A stretch of DNA of 64,000 nucleotides from Bradymonadia bacterium. Its GTDB lineage: Bacteria; Myxococcota_A; Bradymonadia; UBA7976; UBA1532. A program made the translations under genes and the position numbers. Within the stretch, counting starts at the first letter, position 1. Every line of letters starts with the position of its first letter. The notes beneath the pieces were generated by a model. It was not told the DNA's origin, did not search any database, and saw nothing but the letters and a program-made list of their open reading frames with translations. Below, in pieces: positions 28,671 through 37,814 of this stretch. The stretch spans positions 1 to 64,000 of the forward strand of contig JBKAGE010000039.1 of NCBI GenBank assembly GCA_046290225.1, given 5' to 3'.

Positions 28671-28844
28671 TGATGCGCGAAGCTGGTCCTTCCATCTCTG
28701 GTGTGCGAACGATAGCATGCGGAAAGCTTGTCATCGCAAAGGTTTTCCCGGCCTCCCGGCTGCTCGCGAACGTGCACCGCGGCCATGACGTCGGCGTATG
28801 TGTGGAGTGGCGATTTGCATCGACATCGGTCTGGTTACGCCTCG

Positions 28845-29849
28845 GTGAGGCATCTACTCGTATGTGTGCTGACATCTCTGTTGATCGCCTGCGGGGGCAC
28901 ACCCGCGCCAGAGACATCGATACACACTGGAGAGGCGAAGCCCACCGTCGAGCGACGTGCCTTTGCCCCCATGTTCAATGGCGAGCCGGTCATCGCTGGC
29001 ATCTCGTACGGGCCATTTCGAGAGGGGCAGAAGCCCGGGGGCCCCGAGCCTACGGCAGAGCAGGTGCTGGAAGATCTGAAGATCCTCGCACCCCGATGGC
29101 ACATGATCCGGATGTACGGCAGCCGGGGGGTCGCCGAGACCATCATCAAGGTCATCCGTGATCACAAGCTGCCGATTCACGTCATGGTGGGGGCGTGGAT
29201 CGCCCCCGACAAGCCTGAGGACAACGCCGCTGAGGCCGCGACGGCGATTCGCCTCGCCAACACTTATCCTGATCAGGTGATCGCCGTGAGCGTGGGCAAC
29301 GAGTCTCAGGTCTTCTGGTCGGGGCACAAGACCCCCCAAGAAGAGCTGCTCAAGCACTTGCGCCATGTGCGGGCCTCGATCAAGCAGCCAGTGACCACCG
29401 CCGACGACTACAACTTCTGGAACAAGCCCGAGAGTCAGGCCGTCGCCGCAGAGGTCGATTTTCTACTGCTGCACGCATACGCCATGTGGAATCAGCAAAA
29501 GCTCGAAGACGCGGTGCAGTGGACGGCGGACACAGTGGCTTCGATCCAGAAGCATCACCCCGATCTCAAGATCGTGATGGGCGAGACGGGCTGGGCCACG
29601 GCCCTCAACCCCGAGGGGAACGAGAACAAGTACATCAAAGCCCCAGCTGGAGAGGCCGAGCAGACACGGTTCTATACCGAGTTCACCGCCTGGGCGGCGA
29701 AGGCACAGCAGCCTTATTTCTACTTCGAGGCCTTCGACGAGCCCTGGAAGGGCAGTGCCGATCCTCGCGAGGTCGAAAAGCATTGGGGGCTCTACAATGT
29801 CGACCGTACCCCCAAGGCGGTGTTGCGCGACGCAGGGCAAACGCCTTGA
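28845..29849 (+). CDS. Glycoside hydrolase family 17-like lipoprotein
   Basis: VSVGNE acid/base, GETGW nucleophile, FEAFDEPWK, EKHWGL; lipobox LIAC. Confidence 0.85.
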   Translation: MRHLLVCVLTSLLIACGGTPAPETSIHTGEAKPTVERRAFAPMFNGEPVIAGISYGPFREGQKPGGPEPTAEQVLEDLKILAPRWHMIRMYGSRGVAETIIKVIRDHKLPIHVMVGAWIAPDKPEDNAAEAATAIRLANTYPDQVIAVSVGNESQVFWSGHKTPQEELLKHLRHVRASIKQPVTTADDYNFWNKPESQAVAAEVDFLLLHAYAMWNQQKLEDAVQWTADTVASIQKHHPDLKIVMGETGWATALNPEGNENKYIKAPAGEAEQTRFYTEFTAWAAKAQQPYFYFEAFDEPWKGSADPREVEKHWGLYNVDRTPKAVLRDAGQTP

Positions 29850-29857
29850 GGTGGTCC

Positions 29858-31006
29858 GTGCGGGCATCGCGTGAAGGGGCATTGCTGGCCGCTGTGTGTC
29901 TGATGCTGGGCTGCACTGAGACGTCGTCCACCGCGGAGTCGGGGGTCGATCTGGGTGGGCTGGGGGGCGGAGGCAACGCAGATGGCATGCAGAGCGACGC
30001 TGTATTGCCCGACGCCAGACCTGCAGATGCAACGTTGCCCTCGGACGCTGGGGAGACTCCAGCGGACATGGGCGTATCTGTCCCCGCAGACATGGAGGTG
30101 GTTGATCCTCCGGACGCGAGTGGGTCGGCCGATGCAGAGGTCGAAGAGTTGCCAGACGCTGCGGGTCCCATGGGCGACGGGTGTGGTGCACCTCCTGGGG
30201 CCAATGACCAGGTATGGGATTTGAACCACGACGGCCGCCCTCGACAGTTCAAAGTGCATCTTCCGCCGGACTATGATCCCGCGGTGCGCACCCCAGTGGT
30301 GATCAACTTCCACGGCAGAGCGCTCAACGCCGAGGCTCAAGTGGGGGTGAGTGGCATGAACGATGTGGCCGACGAGGGTGGCTTCATCGCCGTGCATCCT
30401 GAGGGCACGGGCGAGCGGGAGCAGACGTGGAACGGCGGCCTCTGTTGTGGCGACTCTGCCCGTGACGATGTGGACGACGTGGGGTTCACCGCGGCCATGC
30501 TCGACCAGCTGGAGCGCTCGCTGTGCATCGACACCCGGCGCGTCTACGCCACGGGCATCTCGAATGGCGGCTTCATGTCCCATCGCCTCGCCTGCGAGCT
30601 GTCGGATCGCATCGCCGCCATCGCCCCGGTGGCGGGGACCATCGTGACCTTGAGCTGCAACCCGGGTCGCCCTGTGCCGGTGTTCCAGTTCCACGGAGAC
30701 GATGATCGCATCGTGCCCTACGATGGCTTCGTCGGGGTGGCCTCGGTGGAGTCCACTACCGATGGTTGGCTCGATCGCAACGGTTGCATGGGCGGCAGCG
30801 AGATCTTCTTCGAGGCCGACGACGTACGCTGCGAGGCATGGTCACAGTGTCGCGACGGCGCCGAGGTGCGGTTGTGCACGATTCTGGGCGGGGGACACAC
30901 TTGGCCTGGGGGAGAGAGGCTGGGCATCTTCGGCTACACCACGCAGACGATCTCCGCCTCACAGATGATGTGGGACTTCTTCACCGAGCACGCGCTGCCT
31001 GAGTGA
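29858..31006 (+). CDS. PHB depolymerase/LpqC-family esterase lipoprotein
   Basis: WNGGLCCG, DDVGF, GISNGG, FHGDDD, GGHTWPG; lipobox MLGC; start approximate. Confidence 0.85.
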   Translation: MRASREGALLAAVCLMLGCTETSSTAESGVDLGGLGGGGNADGMQSDAVLPDARPADATLPSDAGETPADMGVSVPADMEVVDPPDASGSADAEVEELPDAAGPMGDGCGAPPGANDQVWDLNHDGRPRQFKVHLPPDYDPAVRTPVVINFHGRALNAEAQVGVSGMNDVADEGGFIAVHPEGTGEREQTWNGGLCCGDSARDDVDDVGFTAAMLDQLERSLCIDTRRVYATGISNGGFMSHRLACELSDRIAAIAPVAGTIVTLSCNPGRPVPVFQFHGDDDRIVPYDGFVGVASVESTTDGWLDRNGCMGGSEIFFEADDVRCEAWSQCRDGAEVRLCTILGGGHTWPGGERLGIFGYTTQTISASQMMWDFFTEHALPE

Positions 31007-31014
31007 TCTCTCGC

Positions 31015-31941
31015 TCACCCTTCGTCATGTGCATCAAGCCATTGCGCGCAGCGATCTGCCCGGGCGGCGAAGCCCTCGGCGATGGCTTCATCTACCGCCC
31101 TGACGCGCGCTGACATGAAGCGGTGACTCGGAAACACTGCGTGCACGATGGTCTTCGGCCCCACACAGTGTGGCAGGACCTGCACCAGCTGGCCCGACTC
31201 GAGATCGTCGATGACGTCGAACAGGCTCTTGAGCGCCACACCCATCCCTGCCACGGCCCAGCGACGGCTCAGGTAGCCATCACCACACAGCGGACTGTCG
31301 AGCTGAATGGTGTGCGCTCTGCCATGCTCGGTGAGCCGCCAGGACACGTGGGGCCGGTTGGCGAGTTGGAGCGTGAGGCAACGATGTGTCGAGAGCTCGG
31401 CGAGCGTCTCCGGCGCACCGTGGGCTTCGAGATAGCCTGGTGAGGCCACGAGGATGGTGGGGCCTTCGATGAGCTTCCGGGCGGTGAGGGTGCTGTCTGC
31501 CAGGGCGCCGTATCGAATGGCGATGTCGATGGCATCACGGAGCAGGTGGTGCACCGTGTCGCTGGCATGAACCACCATCTGTAGCTGTGGGTGTGCCGTC
31601 GAGAGCGACGCCATGATGGGCTCGATGAGCTGATAGGTGGTGTCCACCGGCGCCGAGAGCCGCACGGTCCCCGAGAGCACGGCGCGATCGCCCTGAGCGT
31701 CTTCGAGAGTCTGACGCCATTGAGCGAGAATTGTCTGGCAACCATTGATGATGGCCAGGCCTTCCTCGGTGGGGTGCAATGTGCGGGTGGTGCGCTCGAA
31801 CACGCGCAGGCCGAGCTCTTCTTCCAAACGGGCCACTGTGGCGCTGACCGCAGCAGGTGTGAGGTGAAGCTGCTTGGCGGCGCGGCTCATCGAACCCGAC
31901 TCTGCCACTCGGGTGAGCAGCTCCATATCGCGAATCTTCAT
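31015..31941 (-). CDS. LysR family regulator
   Basis: GSMSRAAKQLHLTPAAVS, FERTTR, DIAIRYG. Confidence 0.93.
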   Translation of the reverse strand: MKIRDMELLTRVAESGSMSRAAKQLHLTPAAVSATVARLEEELGLRVFERTTRTLHPTEEGLAIINGCQTILAQWRQTLEDAQGDRAVLSGTVRLSAPVDTTYQLIEPIMASLSTAHPQLQMVVHASDTVHHLLRDAIDIAIRYGALADSTLTARKLIEGPTILVASPGYLEAHGAPETLAELSTHRCLTLQLANRPHVSWRLTEHGRAHTIQLDSPLCGDGYLSRRWAVAGMGVALKSLFDVIDDLESGQLVQVLPHCVGPKTIVHAVFPSHRFMSARVRAVDEAIAEGFAARADRCAQWLDAHDEG

Positions 31942-31950
31942 CGTTGGTTT

Positions 31951-31967
31951 TTCAATAATTGTTTGAA
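31951..31967. promoter_or_regulatory. LysR-type palindrome TTCAA-N7-TTGAA
   Basis: Immediately upstream of the LysR start in an AT-rich patch. Confidence 0.55.
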
Positions 31968-32142
31968 GATGATTCAACACCTCTTCGCTTCTCGTTGGCA
32001 AGAGCCTCCACTCTAATCGGGTCATGCCACCCAGACTTGATCTGCACGGTCGATCTCCGGGCATGTTTCCTCTACACGTGATGTTGTGAACTCAGGCTGG
32101 GCCGTGTCGCTCTGTCTGAACGCGTCGGTGACGGAGGAACAT

Positions 32143-33069
32143 ATGGGCGATGAGCGCGAACGCGCAGAGGGTGAAGCGGTCTCCCGCCGAGGCGCGCTCC
32201 AGACCATTGGAGCGTTGACCGCCAGCCTCGCCCTGTCAGGGTGCGGGGCGTCGAGTCTGTCCGAGGGTGAAGAAGATGCCGGTGGCCCTACCGGCGGTCG
32301 CCCCGACGCTGATGTGCCCGAAGACATGGGAGCCGGCGCCCTCGACGCGATGTCGAGGGATGCCGCGCCAGCAGACGCCAGCCCTCGAGATGGACAGGTC
32401 GCTGATGCATCGAACACTGATGAGGGGGTGGGGGACACCGCTGTGCCCGACGCCGCACCTGAAGACGCGATGTTGCCCGACGCGCAGATGTGTGTGGTGA
32501 CCCCTGAACAAATCGAAGGGCCCTATTTTCTCGATACTGGCTTGAATCGGCGGGACATCACCGAAGATCGGCAGGGCGTGCCCCTCACGGTGCGCTTCAA
32601 CGTCGTGGAGGCGCCCAGCTGCAGGCCGCTCGAGGGCGCCATCGTGGAGCTGTGGCACGCAGACGCCGAGGGGGCGTACTCGGGGTTCGACGAAGATGAG
32701 GGCAACCTCGCAGATCACGCCGGGCGCACGTTCTTGCGAGGGTATCAACGCGCTGACGCTCAAGGGCAGGTGGAGTTCACCACGATCTACCCCGGGTGGT
32801 ATCCCGGCCGCGCCCCCCATGTGCACGTGCAGGTCATCCTCGGTGACGACGAGCTCGCCGGTACACAGTTCTACTTCGACGACGCGGTGTCGGAGCGTGT
32901 CTATGGTCAGGGGGTGTATGCCGCACGGGGCAAACACGACACCAACAACATCAAAGACACTGTGAGCCGGCGCAATGGTGGTCCGGGGACCGGCCCGCTG
33001 CTGTTCCAGATCGCAGAAGAGGGCAATGGCGTGATCGTGCGTTATACCATCGGGGTCGTGACACCCTGA
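32143..33069 (+). CDS. Intradiol ring-cleavage dioxygenase-like protein, Tat lipoprotein
   Basis: EGPYF, VELWHAD..G.YS, TIYPGWYPGRAPHVH; SRRGAL plus LSGC. Confidence 0.88.
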   Translation: MGDERERAEGEAVSRRGALQTIGALTASLALSGCGASSLSEGEEDAGGPTGGRPDADVPEDMGAGALDAMSRDAAPADASPRDGQVADASNTDEGVGDTAVPDAAPEDAMLPDAQMCVVTPEQIEGPYFLDTGLNRRDITEDRQGVPLTVRFNVVEAPSCRPLEGAIVELWHADAEGAYSGFDEDEGNLADHAGRTFLRGYQRADAQGQVEFTTIYPGWYPGRAPHVHVQVILGDDELAGTQFYFDDAVSERVYGQGVYAARGKHDTNNIKDTVSRRNGGPGTGPLLFQIAEEGNGVIVRYTIGVVTP

Positions 33070-33089
33070 GCACGCACCATCGATGGAGC

Positions 33090-33419
33090 TTGCCCGTGAA
33101 GCATCTGTACCTCGCCCTCGCCGTCTTGGGCACTGTGGTGCCCCTGGCCATCTTCGCGCCGTGGTTCACAACGCACGGCCTCGATGTGCCGCTGTTGGTA
33201 CAGGAGATGTTCTCCACCACCGTATCGAGCTTTTTCAGCACAGATCTCATCATCAGCGCTCTGGTGGTCTTTGTCCTCGTTGGTCGAGGCATGCGCCGAG
33301 GCATACCTCATGTATGGCTCGCTGCCCTGGGCACCGTGAGCGTAGGTGTGTCGCTGGGGCTGCCGCTCTATCTCTACCTCGAGGCGCGCCATGAAGAGAC
33401 GGTGTCTGAGGGAGGATGA
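33090..33419 (+). CDS. Small membrane protein (DUF2834-like)
   Basis: Three TM segments, DLIISA, VGVSLGLPLYLY. Confidence 0.75.
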   Translation: MPVKHLYLALAVLGTVVPLAIFAPWFTTHGLDVPLLVQEMFSTTVSSFFSTDLIISALVVFVLVGRGMRRGIPHVWLAALGTVSVGVSLGLPLYLYLEARHEETVSEGG

Positions 33420-33421
33420 AG

Positions 33422-33820
33422 TCAAGCCTTTTGAGGCAGGCCGTCTTCGAGGCTGTAATAGTCACCGCGCTCTGAGGTGAAGACGTGAATGGCGATCTCC
33501 ACCCCCGTGGGATCATCGAAGGCCCCCATGGCCACCGCAGTCCAGTCATGGTGGATCGGATCCCAGAACAAGGTGGATCCACATGTGTCACAGAACCCGC
33601 GGCGTACCTTCTCCGAGCTCTGATACCACTTCACGTGGTCTTCCCCCTCCACGACCCGCAATGACGTGCGCGGCATGTCGGTGGACACCAGAAAATGCCC
33701 AGTGCTCTTGCGACATGCCACACAGTGGCAAGCGTCGGGGGCTTTCAAGGGGCCGTCGACCTCGAAGCGCACCGCGCCGCAGAGGCAGCTGCCCGAGAGC
33801 TAGTTGGGATCATTGTGCAT
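33422..33820 (-). pseudogene. GFA (glutathione-dependent formaldehyde-activating) family gene with in-frame TAG at codon 7
   Basis: Reads MHNDPN*LSGSCLCGAVRF...CHCVACRK...RGFCDTCGS; stop at 33800-33802. Confidence 0.7.
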
Positions 33821-33878
33821 GAGGCGTTCGATCCGATTCAGGGTGTGAGCGACGTGGGCCTCTGGACGGGAGCTTAGC

Positions 33879-35144
33879 TCAGCGTATTCGGGGCCACAAC
33901 GTCGTCAGCTCGGCGCCTCCGAGGGGGGATTGGCCGATCTCCACGGCGCCCCCGTGGCGCTGCATGATACGGCTCACGATGGCCAGGCCCAGACCCACGC
34001 CGCCGGTCTCACGGCTGCGGTCAGCCTGGAGCCTGAAGAAGGGCACCAGCACCTTCTCTCGCTGCGTCTCGGGGATGCCCGGCCCGTCATCGTGGATGGC
34101 CACCCGCACGTGATCGTCGTCTTGAGTCAGCTGCAGTAAGACCCGCCCGGCGGCGTGTTGCATGGCGTTGCGCAGAAGGTTCTCCACCGCCCGTTGAAAC
34201 AGTCGCGGATCTGCGCAGATCGAAGTGCCCTCAGGCAGCTCGACTGTGAGCGTAGGTGATTGAGCTTCAGGGGCGTCAAGGGTGGCGAGTTCGGCGAGAT
34301 CCGTGAGGCTGCGGTGGGGGTCGAAGGTGGAGCTCTCGAGGGTGAGCTCGTCGGACTGCACATAACTGAGCAACTCGGCGACCAGGGCGTCGAGAGCGTC
34401 GAGCTCGCGGGTCATGGCATCGAGGCGCTGTTGCTGTGGCAGATCAGCGTCGTCTTCGAGGAGTGCCAGATGGAAGCGCAGCCGCGACAGAGGAGAGCCA
34501 AGCTCGTGAGAGACCGCCTGTACAAGCTCGTCTCTGCTGCGCACGAGCCGTTCGATGCGCTCGGCCATGGCGTTGAACTTCGCCGCGAGCTCTCGCGAGG
34601 GACCACCCTCGCTGTGCACCCGGGCGTTGAGATCACCCGTGGCCAGGGCCTCGCTGGCCCGCTCCACTTTCTGGATGGCCCGCTCCACCCGCAGTGCCAG
34701 CAGCCCTGCGAGCAGCGGCAGGGCGATGGCGGCGATGAAGAGCCCGATGGGCAAGAAGCCCTTGGGGTTCGTGGGATCCATGGGACCCACCGCCAGCGCG
34801 CCGCTGCCGTCTTTGAAGGCGAAGAAGTACCATTCTTCATCGAAGTCGACCCGGTGGGGGATGTGCTCACCTGGGTGTACGGGCTTCGAGATGTGTCTGC
34901 GCACCTCGTCGAGGTTCATCAGGCTCAATGGGGCTTCATAGTGTGGTTGTAGAGAGGCCACGCGCTCGGCGCGTCGAGCCACAGGCTGCGCCTCCACCAG
35001 CTCCAGGGCCAGGAACACGCCATCTGTCTGTGCTCTGTCTTCGAGCCAGGACAATGTGCGGCTGTACCCGAGCATGAGCACGAAGCTCAGAGTCCAGCAC
35101 CCGAGCACGCTGAGCACCACCAGCCTGACGAATGAGCGCCTCAC
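33879..35144 (-). CDS. Sensor histidine kinase with HAMP domain
   Basis: SHELGSPL H-box, NLLRNA, DDGPG, GVGLGL. Confidence 0.92.
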   Translation of the reverse strand: MRRSFVRLVVLSVLGCWTLSFVLMLGYSRTLSWLEDRAQTDGVFLALELVEAQPVARRAERVASLQPHYEAPLSLMNLDEVRRHISKPVHPGEHIPHRVDFDEEWYFFAFKDGSGALAVGPMDPTNPKGFLPIGLFIAAIALPLLAGLLALRVERAIQKVERASEALATGDLNARVHSEGGPSRELAAKFNAMAERIERLVRSRDELVQAVSHELGSPLSRLRFHLALLEDDADLPQQQRLDAMTRELDALDALVAELLSYVQSDELTLESSTFDPHRSLTDLAELATLDAPEAQSPTLTVELPEGTSICADPRLFQRAVENLLRNAMQHAAGRVLLQLTQDDDHVRVAIHDDGPGIPETQREKVLVPFFRLQADRSRETGGVGLGLAIVSRIMQRHGGAVEIGQSPLGGAELTTLWPRIR

Positions 35145-35845
35145 CGGGCGGCCAGCAGATAGCCCACGCCGCGTACCGACTTGAGGCGGGTGGGATCAAA
35201 GCCAGAGCGCTGGAGCTTGCGGCGAATACGGCTGATGTGTACGTCCATGCCCCGATCGATGCCGTCATACTCGATGTCGAGGATCTCGGTATAGAGCGTG
35301 TCTCGCTCCACGACGCTGCCCCCGTGGCGAGCCAGCATGAGCAGGATGTCGAACTCCATCGAGGTGAGAGAGACCCCCTGGTCTTCGATGTAGGCCTGCC
35401 GGGCGGCGACGTCGATGCGCAGCGGCGCTACCCGCAGCCATCCATCGTCCGTGGGTGCCGAAGGGCGAACTGCACCGGTGCGCCGAAGCTGAGTTCGGAT
35501 GCGGGCCAGCAGCACCCGGGGCTCGATGGGCTTGATCACGAAGTCGTCGGCCCCGAGCTCGAGGCCCGAGACATGATCGGCGTCGCTCTGGCTGGCGGTG
35601 AGCATCACGATGGCGCCGGTGTAGCGACCGCGCACCTGGCGGCAGACCTCGAGGCCGCTCATGCCCGGGAGCATCAGGTCGAGCACGACGAGATCTGGCT
35701 GGAGCGCATTGATCTGGCGTACCCCATCGTCTCCAGAGGCGGCACGGTCGAGGGTGAAGCCGTGCTGGCCGAGGTATTCCACGAGCAACCCGGCGAGGGC
35801 GTCGTCGTCCTCGACGATGAGGATATGGGGCTGGGGGCTGTGCAT
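35141..35845 (-). CDS. OmpR-family response regulator (RstA-like)
   Basis: VEDD, LDLMLP, GADDFVIKP, SVRGVGY. Confidence 0.93.
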   Translation of the reverse strand: MHSPQPHILIVEDDDALAGLLVEYLGQHGFTLDRAASGDDGVRQINALQPDLVVLDLMLPGMSGLEVCRQVRGRYTGAIVMLTASQSDADHVSGLELGADDFVIKPIEPRVLLARIRTQLRRTGAVRPSAPTDDGWLRVAPLRIDVAARQAYIEDQGVSLTSMEFDILLMLARHGGSVVERDTLYTEILDIEYDGIDRGMDVHISRIRRKLQRSGFDPTRLKSVRGVGYLLAAR

Positions 35846-35975
35846 GACCTTTTCAGAGGACCATCTTCCATCACCGGACTCAAACAACTCATCACTTCTC
35901 TACAGTTCGTACATTGCTCTCATGAGGGGCAGCTCGTTCACTTGAGTTCAGTCACTTCATGAAAGGAGCTGAAGC

Positions 35976-37814
35976 ATGTGGCGTGTCAAAACCCTGGTCG
36001 CGTTGAGTCTCTGCGTTGCCCTCGCGGGTTGTGATGATGAGGACAGCGAGGCGGAGAGCACAGGTGGCGAAGGCGGCGCTGTTGCAGGCGCAGGTGGGGC
36101 CGCTGGCGGTGCTGGTGGAGAGGCCGGCATGGGCGGCGCCCACGAGATGCCCGACGACACAGCCTGTGACGCTGAGCCTGTGATCCGGACCACCGCCGCA
36201 GGTGTCGAGTTCGTGCGCACGCCCGATGCGTGCTTCGAGGGCCTGCCAGGGTGGCCCTTCGAAGCCGAGTACGTGGAGATCGACGGGCTGCGGCAGGGCT
36301 ATGTCGACGAGGGCCCTGCCGATGGCCCCGTGGTCTTGCTGCTCCACGGCCAGCCCTCGTGGTCCTATCTGTATCGCAAGATGATCCCCGTGCTCGCCGA
36401 GGCCGGGTATCGGGTCATCGCCATGGATCATCTCGGCATGGGTCGCTCCGACAAGCCCGTGGACATCGAGCAGTACACATATCTCGGCCACAATGATCGC
36501 CTGTTGCGCTTCATCGAGGCCCTCGAGCTGCGAGACATCCACTTGTTCGTTCAGGACTGGGGCAGCCTCATCGGCCTGAGAGTGGCGGGCCTCAACCCCG
36601 ATCTCTTCGCCCGCATCGCCGTGGGCAATGGGGACTTGCCGGTCATCCCCGAGGGGTTCCAGCCTTTCGAGCCCGTGGAGAACCCGAACGAGCCCGCCGA
36701 CTTGCCGCTGCCCTTTGGGGGGATCCCGGATCAGCAAGTGCCGTTTTATGACGGCTGTGACCCCCTGTTCAGCGGTGGAGATGCGCCTCAAGGGGGCTTT
36801 GGGGCGTGGATGGAGTATGCCTTGAGAGCCACGAACTTCAGGCCCTCCGAGGTCATCGAGGCGCTGACCTGGTTCGACTTGCCGCCAGACGAAGAGGCTG
36901 CCTATGACGCGCCCTACCCGAGCCGCATCTACATGGCCGGTCCCAGAACCTTCCCCTCGCTGGTGAACGAACTCCCAGGCACCACCGAGGCGGCCTGGGC
37001 CGGGCTGATGGCGTTCGAGAAGCCCTTCATCACCCTCTGGGCGGCGAACGATCCCGGGAACCTCGGTCAGTGCGCCACTCAACAGAAGCTCGTGGACAGC
37101 ATCCCCGGTGCTCAGGGGCTGCCCCATATGCGTTTGCCAGAGGCCAGCCACTTCTTGCAGGACGATCAGGGGGCCCAGATCGCCCAGCGACTCGCAGCCC
37201 TCTTCAAGATCGTGCCGCACCGCCGCGCCTCACGGTATTGCGAGCTGCTGATCGTATATATGCACGATGGCGCGCTCGAAGCAGAGGTGTGGGGTACACC
37301 TGGTCTGAACGCCTGCCCCGAAGAGGCCTGGGCGGCCATCGACATCGACGCCATTCAGGCCGAGACCGGGGCCCTCGCGGTCATCCGGAACGGGCCCCGT
37401 CATTGGATCCCCAACACCACCACTTCCGAAGCCCAGGGAGAGCGTATGCGCCGGACCTTTGGCACGTTGGAGATGAACCTCCTCGCCAGCGTACCGCTCG
37501 AATCAGGTGCTCAGGAGAGTACCCCCTACACACCACAAATCGTCCGAAGGGCCACCACATACACCTTCAACGCGGGCGAGGAGATTTACGAGCTGACCTC
37601 AGCAGAAGGGGAGATCTACGTGATGCAGTCGATGTCGCTGATGTCCGACCCCGAGCTGACCTTTGCAGATCTGCCGAATCTCTCAGCACGGCTGAGTCTG
37701 CCCGAGGGTTGGGCCTATCAGGCCCGGACCCTGAGCGAAGATCTGGTCATGTCTGTTGATGGAGAGGCCACTGTGTTGATTGATGACTTGGGCAACACCT
37801 ATCAGCAGCGCTGA
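35976..37814 (+). CDS. Haloalkane dehalogenase lipoprotein with an extra C-terminal domain
   Basis: HGQPSWSYLYRKMI, GRSDKP, VQDWG, SHFLQDD; lipobox LAGC-DDED; about 200 extra C-terminal residues. Confidence 0.87.
   Translation: MWRVKTLVALSLCVALAGCDDEDSEAESTGGEGGAVAGAGGAAGGAGGEAGMGGAHEMPDDTACDAEPVIRTTAAGVEFVRTPDACFEGLPGWPFEAEYVEIDGLRQGYVDEGPADGPVVLLLHGQPSWSYLYRKMIPVLAEAGYRVIAMDHLGMGRSDKPVDIEQYTYLGHNDRLLRFIEALELRDIHLFVQDWGSLIGLRVAGLNPDLFARIAVGNGDLPVIPEGFQPFEPVENPNEPADLPLPFGGIPDQQVPFYDGCDPLFSGGDAPQGGFGAWMEYALRATNFRPSEVIEALTWFDLPPDEEAAYDAPYPSRIYMAGPRTFPSLVNELPGTTEAAWAGLMAFEKPFITLWAANDPGNLGQCATQQKLVDSIPGAQGLPHMRLPEASHFLQDDQGAQIAQRLAALFKIVPHRRASRYCELLIVYMHDGALEAEVWGTPGLNACPEEAWAAIDIDAIQAETGALAVIRNGPRHWIPNTTTSEAQGERMRRTFGTLEMNLLASVPLESGAQESTPYTPQIVRRATTYTFNAGEEIYELTSAEGEIYVMQSMSLMSDPELTFADLPNLSARLSLPEGWAYQARTLSEDLVMSVDGEATVLIDDLGNTYQQR

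Noticed and set aside
33800..33802. Genome-wide TAG recoding or pyrrolysine
   Set aside because: Other genes end at TAG at their expected C-termini (for example 41745 and 45599), and no pyl genes are seen.
35901..35913. RstA-box-like TACA-N5-TACA upstream of the dehalogenase
   Set aside because: Spacing is one base short of the known TACA-N6-TACA and the motif is too short to support.
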